Source: Diplonema japonicum (Eukaryota > Protista > Euglenozoa: Diplonemea). From it: DNA of 64,000 nucleotides. The stretch's first letter is position 1. Each line of letters starts with the position of its first letter. A program made the translations under genes and the position numbers. The notes under the pieces were generated by a model. It made no database searches. It saw nothing but the letters and a program-made list of their open reading frames with translations, and was not told the DNA's origin. Positions 22,830-32,046 of this stretch are shown in pieces. The stretch spans positions 868,001-932,000 of the forward strand of contig OZ025650.1 in the NCBI GenBank assembly GCA_964019335.1, read 5' to 3'.

Positions 22830-25232
22830 ATGGTTTGTGCCGACCCCCTTTCGGTGGAGCTTGTGACCCCCGATGCCGAGTATGGGTTCTTCAGTGGTGC
22901 TGCGCTTACTGCTAAGAGGCTAGAGGTGCTCAAATCCAGTTTTTTGAAGCCCACACTGAGCAGCCCGTCTGGTAGCAGGTCTATGTTGAGCAGCAATCAA
23001 GTGAGCTTCAACTTCCCCACCCCTTCGCTCGACCAGCCTCTACTTGAGTACCACTCCATTGACATCGAACACCATGAGGAGATCAAGGCAGACCACGCTT
23101 CCTCCTTTGAAGGTGTGCTGCGCAAGGGTGTGAAGCTCCCCGCAGACATTGACGCCGCACAGCTCGCAGAGCTGGACCCACAGAAAGTAAGAGAGAGTTT
23201 CGCCCGCGAGTGCCACGGGCTGGAACACGCATCACTGGACGAGCTGCTGAAAATCGTGACTAGCCTTCGCCTGCCTGCCTCTTTTGCTAGCTGGATATTT
23301 ATAAACGTTACAGAAAAGGTTCTGCGGGACTACATCAGCGTGCGGGAGTTCCTGTCTGCTGTGTACGAGACGCTGATTTTGGAGGAGAGTGGGGGGATCA
23401 TGAACATCAAGACAGCCTTCTCCCTGTACTGCCTTGCGGAAGAAGGGGACAGGAAGCGGAAGATCTCTCAAACGGAACTTGCGGGGATCCTGTCGCAGGT
23501 GGCGGAGCAGAACAAGCTCCCTGTTGGGAAGAAGGACATCACGCAGATGTCGAACAGGATCTTCGACGCGGCAGGGGCCAACAGCTCCGTCGGGCTCCCC
23601 TTTGAGGATATCGAGAAGACGGCGGCCCTTGGAGGCTCCAGCAACGTCCTCGGAGAAAAGATCAAAGCCGACGTCAGGAAGGAGAAGGCCGCCTTCGACC
23701 TCCAGACAACTTGGAAGTTTCACAAGAAGAGGATCTGGTGCATGGTCGTTATTGTGCTGCTGCTGTTGGCCTTCTGCTGCTGGGGTTTTGCTATGTACAC
23801 GTCCTGCAACGAGCAGCAGCTGATGGGGTGGTCACTCCCTATTGCAAAGGGATGTGCTCAGGCATTGAAGATCAATCTCGCAGTGCTGATCTTAACTGTG
23901 TGCAAGAAGTTGATGGCCAAGGTTCGTGAGTCTTGGATATCCCATGCCATCCCCTTTGACTCTGCAATTGCGCTGCATAAGTTCCTTGGCGTCACGGCAC
24001 TGGTGTTCTCTGTGGGCCACGTTGTTGCACATATCTTCGACATCCTGAACACCACCAACAAGTCCAACTACGAGAAGTGGGTCACAGCGACGGGTTCTGA
24101 ACAGCAGGTCACAGTGAAGGCCTTCATGACTTCTCAGGTGGGCATCACTGGTTTGCTGCTCGTTCTCATCATCTTCGTCGCCTATCCTTTTGCTCTGTGT
24201 GCGAAGCTGTGCAACTACTTCAAAGGCTACTCAACGTTCCTATGCACGCACCACCTGTTCTACCTCTTCCTCTTGATAGTCTGCATCCACCCGTGGCCTT
24301 CCCTTACTCCGATCCGTAGTAAGAAAGCACTCGACGGGAGTGCAGACACTCTGTGGTGGCTCTTTATTCCGATGCTTGTGCTGTTGTACGAGAAGGTGAT
24401 GAAGGAGAGGAAGCGGCGGGCGCCAGAGGCAGTGCTGCAGGCGTTCGTGCACCCCGGGGACATCTTGGAGCTGCGGGTGGCGAAGCCGAAGGGGTGGCGA
24501 CACTGCCCCGGGCAGTACGCGCACATCTACAGCGGCGACATCTCGCAGGAGTGGCACCCGTTCACCCTGACCTCTGCACCCGGGGACGACTACCTGTCTG
24601 TGCACATCAAGAAGGCAGGGGACTGGACCGGGGAGCTCATCCGGCGGGTGAAGGAGGGGAAGTGCCCGGAGGTGGTGTCGGTGGAGGGGCCTTACGGGGC
24701 GCCGGCGCAGGCCTACCACAAGTTCCAGTCGGTGGTGCTGGTCGGGGCGGGGATCGGGGTGACACCCTTCGTGGCGGTGGCGAAGGACCTGCTCCGTCGG
24801 ATGGAGAGGAAGGACGAGGAGGTTCCGCAGCGGGTGAAGCTGATCTTCGCAACACGCGACGTGAACGAGATCTCGTGGCTGAAGGAGACGCTGCAGGACC
24901 TGGCGCTGACACGGTCCGCCGCCTTCGACGTGGCGATCTACCTCACGGCGGCGAAGAAGATGGACACCGCAGAGGCGAAGCTCTTCATGATCGGGCAGGA
25001 CGTCGTCCGCGAGAAGACGGGGAAGGACGTCGTCACAGGCCTCACCATCAACACCAGCTTCGGGCGCCCCGCTTGGCAAGACATCTTCAGCGAGCTCAGC
25101 AACTCCGCAACAGAGTCCCGCATAGGCGTCTTCACCTGTGCTCCGCCTCCCCTCACAGCTGAGCTTCAGCGCGTAACAAAACAATACTCCTCACCAGCTA
25201 CAAAATTTGTTCTCAAGAGGGAGCTATTTTAG
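22830..25232 (+). CDS. NADPH oxidase (NOX5/RBOH-like architecture, degenerate EF-hand region), copy A
   Basis: Heme His pairs LHK..GHVVAH and THH..CIH; FAD motifs HPFTLTSAP and HIKKAGDWT; NADPH motifs GPYG, VLVGAGIGVTPF and GVFTCAP; terminal RELF. Confidence 0.9.
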   Translation: MVCADPLSVELVTPDAEYGFFSGAALTAKRLEVLKSSFLKPTLSSPSGSRSMLSSNQVSFNFPTPSLDQPLLEYHSIDIEHHEEIKADHASSFEGVLRKGVKLPADIDAAQLAELDPQKVRESFARECHGLEHASLDELLKIVTSLRLPASFASWIFINVTEKVLRDYISVREFLSAVYETLILEESGGIMNIKTAFSLYCLAEEGDRKRKISQTELAGILSQVAEQNKLPVGKKDITQMSNRIFDAAGANSSVGLPFEDIEKTAALGGSSNVLGEKIKADVRKEKAAFDLQTTWKFHKKRIWCMVVIVLLLLAFCCWGFAMYTSCNEQQLMGWSLPIAKGCAQALKINLAVLILTVCKKLMAKVRESWISHAIPFDSAIALHKFLGVTALVFSVGHVVAHIFDILNTTNKSNYEKWVTATGSEQQVTVKAFMTSQVGITGLLLVLIIFVAYPFALCAKLCNYFKGYSTFLCTHHLFYLFLLIVCIHPWPSLTPIRSKKALDGSADTLWWLFIPMLVLLYEKVMKERKRRAPEAVLQAFVHPGDILELRVAKPKGWRHCPGQYAHIYSGDISQEWHPFTLTSAPGDDYLSVHIKKAGDWTGELIRRVKEGKCPEVVSVEGPYGAPAQAYHKFQSVVLVGAGIGVTPFVAVAKDLLRRMERKDEEVPQRVKLIFATRDVNEISWLKETLQDLALTRSAAFDVAIYLTAAKKMDTAEAKLFMIGQDVVREKTGKDVVTGLTINTSFGRPAWQDIFSELSNSATESRIGVFTCAPPPLTAELQRVTKQYSSPATKFVLKRELF

Positions 25233-27282
25233 CTGGCTTAATAATTTAATAAGCACTGTCTTGATTGTAGCACCCATCACCGTTAAGGTAGTGTGGACTA
25301 CAGGCACCCTTGAAGCAGGTGGTCCTATCCTCTGTCAGAAAACAAAAACAAAAAACAAAAACAAAAAAAAGAATTAAAGAACACCTCTCGCTTCCCTTTC
25401 CTTTCATTCCTCCCTTCACTCCAAGAGAACGCCTGAAATGAAGTTTTTTTCGCCTCATATCTCAGTAGGTTAAAATGTCAAATGGGTACCTGGGACAGGG
25501 AGAGAAAATAATAATATGGCAAACCTTGTCTTATTTTTCATTTTAACGAAAGTTGTATTTGAAGATTCTTTAAAGGCCTTCAAGGCGATTTCTACTAGGC
25601 TGTCGTCCGAAAAATCCCCTTGGCATAGAGATATGGAGCAAGTAAAAAAAAAAAAAAGATAGTTTTCTTGCTTGTCCGGTGTATCCCTTCTTTCATGACC
25701 CCCCCCCCCCCCCCCCCTTAGCTATAGTAATAATAGAGAAATACGTTGTTTTAGGGCAAAAAGAAAATAGAAACACCATAGATCGGCAGTGGAAAGTGAC
25801 AGTGGTAAATCGATAAGCATTACCGATGGTCCGTGCCTTTTTCTTCTTCTTTTTTTTTTTTTTTTTTTTTTTTTTTGTTGCACACGACAAAAAGTAAAAT
25901 TGAATTCCATGTAGCTGATTTTTTTTTCTCCCTCCCTACATACCGTATTGACTCTTTTCTCTTATCCCTCGTCTCCCTTCCAATGCCCCTTTATATATTA
26001 TGTGCATGTGCAAACATGTTTGTTTATTCCTTTTTCTTCTTTTATCTTGACTTCCCTCTCTGGTGCGTAGCTTCGAAAACGGATAAACGTAAATGGGATC
26101 AGGGAGTATTCTTCCCTTATCCCGACCCGCTCCCTCTTATCCTTTTTCACCCTTCAGCACGTCCTTTAGTGGTTTAGTGTTGTTGCCCCCCCCCCCCCCC
26201 CCCCCATCTGCTTTAATTCCCCCCCCGGACCCATTGGTGTCTTATTTTTTTTCGCACACAGACGCAGGTCTCGTGTGTTTAGGCCTTTACTTTTTTGTAA
26301 CATTCCACCTTCATCCTTTTTGCTTGTGACCCTGGTCTTTGCTATGGGATTTCTTTTTTTTTTTGGAGCAGAAGTACCTGCTGGAGGTAGTCACGCGGAG
26401 GGATGCAGCGGTGGATGCGAACCGCGCACTGCAGACAAGCTTACCCGTGGCAGGCGGTCGTGACGGGGAGGGCGCACCCGACGCCGACGGTGTCTTTTTT
26501 TTTCCTCTTCAATACCCCTCCCATCTTTAGCGGGAAAAGGAATTGATTTCTTAATGCCCTCTCTCCTCTGTTCTTTTTTTTTTTTTTTTTTTAAAGAGAA
26601 GCATCTGGGGGAAGAAAAAAAAAAAAGAACAAGAGGGCCCCCTTTAGTTTTATATCTCACGACAGCTTTGTTTTTCACCCTTTTTCTAGATGAGGTGATT
26701 GTCGTCAGGTGACCGGCCACATGCAGGTTCCTTCAATGACATGTTTTTTTTTTTTTTTTTTTTTTTTTTGTTGTAAACATTGCGTTTAAGAGAGCTGTAG
26801 TTTTTTTCTTTATTTTTAATTTTATAAATAAGATTTTAAAGACCAAGAATGAAAAAGAAAATCAAGAGAATTCCCTCTGTACCAAAGAAGTGGGCAGCGT
26901 TGTTTTTTTTTTTTTTCTTTTTTTTTTTTTTACGCTCCATATTCGCTAAGTGACCCGCCCTAAGTCCCAAAGGGGTTATAGGGGGCTATAGGGGAAAAAA
27001 TGTCAAAAATGCCCAAAGGTTCATTGAATTTTTTTTTTCAAAAAATCCATATGTCGAACATGAAATAACGGTGAGTTCCAAGGAAGTTCCAAAAAAATTT
27101 TTCCAAAAAAAAAATATTAGGGGCCAACCAAAATGACCTTGGAAGTCGCATTTTGGGTTTTGGCCATTTTTGCCAAACTTTTGCAACTGGGCACTTTTCC
27201 CTTTGAAAAACATGGTTAACAGGGTTCGATCCCAGAAGCCAGCATCTTCCTGACCAGTAGTTCGGCCGAAAATATTTTCGAA

Positions 27283-27367
27283 GGCATAGTTGTCTAGTTG
27301 GGGGGGGGGGGCTTTGCCCTGAACCTAGGCGAAGCGGGTTCAAACCCCACTCCAGCGGATTTTTTTT
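27283..27367 (+). pseudogene. Degenerate tRNA-like Pol III unit (A box, GAA anticodon-like loop, B box, oligo-T) inside the TIR element
   Basis: TTGTCTAGTTGG A-box-like; TTTGCC-CTGAACCTA-GGCGAA hairpin; GCGGG-TTCAAAC-CCCAC T-arm; T8 run. Confidence 0.45.
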
Positions 27368-27721
27368 AAGGCTCACCACAGGGGAGAAACGGCAGCCTAA
27401 ACCGGTATTTCCGCGAAAGCTTTTCGTAAGCTTGTGGGAGTCTAGTTGAGAAAAGTGCAGTTTTGAGGGAAGGACAACTCTTAACATTGTAAGATTGTTA
27501 GTCAGTAAGCATACCAGTCCTGTCCTCTGCACTTCGGCCGTAATCACCAAATACAAACGGGTGGAGATGACGAGAAGGTCAAAGAGGGTTCCGTAGGGGA
27601 GTTTATAGTTGAAGAGACAGATGCGCGTCTACGCCGTCCACCACAGGGCAACGTACAGTCCAAATGGAATGGCATAGTCATTTGAAAGTGACGTTGCCTT
27701 TGGGGCAGAAGTTATTTCTGC

Positions 27722-28237
27722 TTGGAAGGTACTTATGTGGGAATTACACCGATCACCGGTCACGTTTGCGTTGGAAGATTGACCCGCGTGATGACCAGCC
27801 TGAACGGAACGGAGACTATGAAACAAGCAGTGACGACGACCGGAGAATACTTCCTACTCCTGAGAGCACACGGGCAACTCGAAGGGAAATACCAAAGCAA
27901 GCCCTTCCAGCCAGCAGAGAGCCTCAGACAACGAGGACTCCAGATGGACAGGATCGCGATAGCGGAGTACAGCCACAAGGAGCTCCACTACCGGGTCCAC
28001 TACACAAAAGAGGGCAAGAAGTGAGATCTCAGAGCAGACGGGGTGGAAGTGCCATAAGCAGGCAAAAACAAAGGATGGCACCCCAGCCTCATCTTGTACA
28101 AGAAGCACAAGACCGAGGAAGCAGAGGAGGGCCACCCGAGGCACAACAGAGGACATGGACAACCTCCCCAACGCAGCAGCAACAACAGTAACAGCAGCAG
28201 TAGCAGCAGCAAAGACAGTAGCGACAACAGAAAGTAA
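27722..28237 (+). pseudogene. Decayed reading frame inside the TIR element (two in-frame stops)
   Basis: The 27722-28024 ORF continues in frame past TGA and TAA as DLRADGVEVP*AGKNKGWHPSLILYKKHKTEE... with coding-like composition. Confidence 0.35.
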
Positions 28238-28460
28238 AGAAGAAGACATCAGTACCTCCCCCCCCTTCCTCCTCCTCCCTTCCTGCTGTTCTACGTCGGG
28301 TGGATCAAGCGTCTAGGAGCTGAAGAAGCACGTGAGCGGGAGCCTGATGAAGCACGGAGAAGACATTATCAAGTAGCTCAGGAATCTGAAGTAGTACGAC
28401 GGACCGAGACGAGTCAATGGCAATGGAACTCGTACTAGACTTCGAGAACAGGGAAAGAGG

Positions 28461-28527
28461 TAGATAAGTAGAGATAAGTAGACAAGGACGTTCCAGAACA
28501 GGAACCTCCTTTATCTCATCTCTTATT
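28461..28527. repeat. Dispersed ~65-bp repeat, copy 1 (copy 2 at 36453-36514)
   Basis: TAGATAAGTAGA..CAA.GGACGTTC...ACAGGAACCTCCTTTATCTCAT.TCTT is shared with 36453-36514. Confidence 0.7.
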
Positions 28528-28672
28528 CTGTGTTTATTTCATCACAGTGTTGATGGGCTGAGGCGTGTCGTGAGTGTGTATCGTGGAGGATATCTGGTGT
28601 GGAAAGAAGGGAACCTACTCCACCCACTATGCCGGATGCCTGAGTAAAGATGGGGTGGTCAGAGTTTTGAAT

Positions 28673-28761
28673 TCCTGTGTGGTAGAGTGGTTACCGTGCT
28701 CACCTGTCAGGCCCCCTTGTTCCAGGAGTCGCGGGTTCGAATCCCGACGCAGTGGTTTTTT
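28673..28761 (+). pseudogene. tRNA-Asp(GTC)-like Pol III unit inside the TIR element
   Basis: TCCTGTG/CGCAGTG acceptor stem (6/7 paired, including two G-U), A box TGGTAGAGTGG, CT-GTC-A anticodon loop, B box GGTTCGAATCC, T6 terminator. The 3' side of the anticodon stem is disrupted by an insertion. Confidence 0.6.
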
Positions 28762-29186
28762 CATCAGGGTTCGAACCCCACTTGTGCCGTGTTTTTTCCA
28801 CCGGAGCTGCTTCATTTTGTATAGTACAAAGTAAGGCAAATCACCAAAAAAAATTTTATTACAAAAAAAAATTCCATATGTCGAACATTGGGCCCCGGAC
28901 GCAAATAAATCCATTCCAACCCTAGAAAAAGCAATTAGAAATTTTTTTAGCTCTTCAAAATGCGGTTTCTGGTGGGTCACTTAGCGAATATGGAGCGTTA
29001 AATTCTTACCCCAAAAGCGTCGCATTTCTTGAAGCCCGGACTGTCTGTTGAATTCTTTTTATCTTTTTTTATTCATCACCCCTCCCCCCCCTTTTTTTTA
29101 AAAAAAACTGTATCTCATATTAGCACTGTTTTTTGTTTTTTTTTTTTAAAAAAAGGTGGTGGGGATAACATGAAAATATAAGAAAA

Positions 29187-29238
29187 ACATCAGATGTGTT
29201 GTTCGCTGTTGACCTCCTCGTCGGTCATCACCGGTAGC
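29187..29238. repeat. 52-bp exact repeat, copy 1 (copy 2 at 31670-31721)
   Basis: ACATCAGATGTGTTGTTCGCTGTTGACCTCCTCGTCGGTCATCACCGGTAGC is identical at both sites. Flanking GGGATAACATG and GCAGAATC.TGGTTACCC are also shared. Confidence 0.9.
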
Positions 29239-29550
29239 GCCCGAGTGGAAGAACATAATGCAGATGCTCAGGGTGACGAACAGGCAGCAAACTGCACGAG
29301 CGCAGAATCTTGGTTACCCGGGACGTACCGGCTGGGGTTGAGCTGTACACCGCACGCATTAAGGACACGACGCGGAACGCAGAAGAAGCTACAACTCGGC
29401 CCCTGTAATCAAGTAGACAGTTCTTGTGCAGGGCGCCGCCAACACCGGCCTCCTTTAACTCATATATTTTTTTTCTTTTTCTTCTTTTGCTGTTGATGAT
29501 TAATCCAGAATGTAGCCCCAATGTTATTCGTTCGGAGCCCAAGGAAAATT

Positions 29551-29594
<44 letters not shown>

Positions 29595-31414
29595 GCTTTA
29601 TTCATCACATGCACACGTGCAATATTGAGTTTTATACTGCATCAGAATATGAGGTAATATGAGACACGTAAAGAGAAAAAAAAAGGGGGGTGCATTTTGT
29701 TTCAACTAACATATCCCCTCCCTCCCACCCCTATACATTTTCTTAATTAATTCGTTTATATTTTTGTTTTCGATACGCTGGTGTTGGTATTTGACACTGG
29801 CCAGTGGGACAAAAACATGTTTGTGTGTATATTTATAAATATATATAGAGGTTATCCGCTTAGAACTGTTTTTGAGACTGGAAAGAGGAAAGGAAGAAGA
29901 AAAAGAAAATGAAAGATTTTCAACTTGGAGTGTTTCCCCCCATCCCCCTTTTTTTTTGCAGCTGATAAACATAGGAATTTATCTTGTTCTCCAAGAAGAA
30001 GAAGAAGAAGAAGAGAACGGACTCGTTTCAACCCCCCCCCCCCCCCCACCTGACAAGCATTTGTACTTTCCTTTTTTTTACTTCTTTTTCTCTTTCTTTT
30101 GGAAGAGGGGGGAACATTGATAAACAAAAGGAAGGGTCAAGAGAGAGAAGAAGTGAACCAAACCCCTGATTGATAACACAGTAAAAGGGGACGTGCTCGG
30201 GGGGGGGGGGGGGGGGGGGCAAACCCCGTTTCTATTTTTTTTCTTAAAAAAAAGAAAAAGATATTCTTCCCGCCCCGCCGAGCAGACGTTTCCCTATACT
30301 TTGAGAATACTATTATTTTGTGGTCTACAAGAAAAAAAAAAAAATATCTCCAAGCAAAACAAAAAAAATGTCGGTACTTGGCCCTTATTCGTCTCTTTAC
30401 TTGGCATGGAGTGTTAATCTCAAAAAAAAAAAAAAAAAAAAAAAAAACATGTATAAAAAAAAAAAGAACACTAACTATGCTGCTGGTGAATAAGCCTTCG
30501 GACTGACAAGATGCTACTCTTGATACAAGGATATGGAGACCCCCCCCCAAAAAAATGGGGAATTAAAAAGACGATCAACACGTTCAAATCACAGAGCTCC
30601 TTAGGGGACCCTTTGAATTATGGACGAGGAATACTATTAATAATAATACGATAGCTCTCTTTCTTCCCTTCTATTTCTCCTCCATCTCTATATGGAGAGC
30701 ATGAATTGCAACTAACTGCTGGCAAGGAAAATAACAGCAGGAATTTATAACTACTTGCTTTTTATTTCATCTTTCTGTTCTAGGCAAAAGGTGAAAGGTA
30801 AACATTATGTCCCCTGCAAGATTTTGTTAGCACTTCTTTGATGATGATTCTCTCTTCTTTTCTTTTGTTTCGTTTCTGTGAATAAGGTCAATAATATGCT
30901 GGCCGGCTCTTCTTTGAGCTGGTTGTCTTCCCCCCCCTTTTTTTTTGCAAGATAATCCTGCTTACTGCTTCAAACTCAAGATTTTTCTTTTTCCCACTTT
31001 TGCGTCTCACAAAATTTATAAATGGAAGAATGGTCCTTTTTTTTCTTTTTTTTTGGGGGGGATAGCCTGACGTGGATCAAGATACCCCCCCCCCCCCTAC
31101 CTCCTCCTCAGAAAACAAAGGGTAAAAAGTGATGGTACGGGGAGTCCCCGATTGGTTTTTATTTTTTCTGAAACAGAACCTACAACTACTACATCTCGAA
31201 ACTGGTTTGCGCTTGGAATGTTAATTTACTGACATCTTTACCTTTTTCTTTTCTTCCCCCCCCCCCCCCCCCTCCTTCCCCCTCCTCCCCCATCACCCTC
31301 TTTTTAAAAAAGAGGAGCCCCACCCCCCCAAAAAAAACCTAGCTCCAATATTTCTTAATATCTTTTTTCTTTTTATGGTCCCAGAAATGCGGTATTTTGT
31401 CACGTGCCGCACTT

Positions 31415-31447
<33 letters not shown>

Positions 31448-31669
31448 CTTTCTCTTTCAAGTTTTCAGAAATCCCCCGGGTATTATACTATTTGGACCTC
31501 TATAGTCCCCTTTCTGTTGTGTGGCCAGTTTACGCCCTTTGTTGTAATGCAGCCTATTATGGTTACATGTACAAAAGAAGTTCGTAACAAACACCGGAGA
31601 ACTGGCCTCTTATCTTTCTTCGTCAAGAAGTTAGTTTCCCCCGTAGGGATAACATGGAGGATAAGCAGT

Positions 31670-31721
31670 ACATCAGATGTGTTGTTCGCTGTTGACCTCC
31701 TCGTCGGTCATCACCGGTAGC
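31670..31721. repeat. 52-bp exact repeat, copy 2
   Basis: Identical to 29187-29238; the adjacent sequence is an internally deleted version of 29240-29320. Confidence 0.9.
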
Positions 31722-32046
31722 ACCTAGATTGCAGAATCATGGTTACCCAACACGGCAACACTGACCTCTTTTATCTCTTATATATTTTTTTTTTCCCCTC
31801 TTTCTTTCTTTGCCTCGTTCCTAGGTTTTTTGTGCTTCATTGCTTAATGTGCCACCCGCAGCCACAGGAATGCATGTTGAGAAGAACACCTCTACCGTAT
31901 CATAAGTAAGGACACTGCGGGCTTTTTTTTTTTTTATTCCCCCTCTTTTTTCCCCCTTGATTTTTGGAAATATTTTTCTTTTTATTCAACATTACCGCAT
32001 TAATATTCCTATCCATACAAAACAACGAAAGGTGTTTACCCAGAAC

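Larger units (their letters stand above)
26933..28997. mobile_element. 2,065-bp non-autonomous TIR DNA transposon (piggyBac- or PIF/Harbinger-like)
   Basis: 24-bp perfect TIR CGCTCCATATTCGCTAAGTGACCC / GGGTCACTTAGCGAATATGGAGCG. Flanks are TTTA on the left and TTAA on the right (TTA common to both). TCCATATGTCGAACAT occurs as an internal direct repeat near both ends. No intact transposase. Confidence 0.85.

Noticed and set aside
24353-25162. 269-aa alternative-frame ORF duplicated at 33600-34409
   Set aside because: Off-frame product of GC-rich NOX sequence; identical only because the DNA block is identical.
28673-28761. Functional (intron-containing) tRNA-Asp gene
   Set aside because: The anticodon stem cannot be completed, and the D and T stems have mismatches; kept as tRNA-like only.
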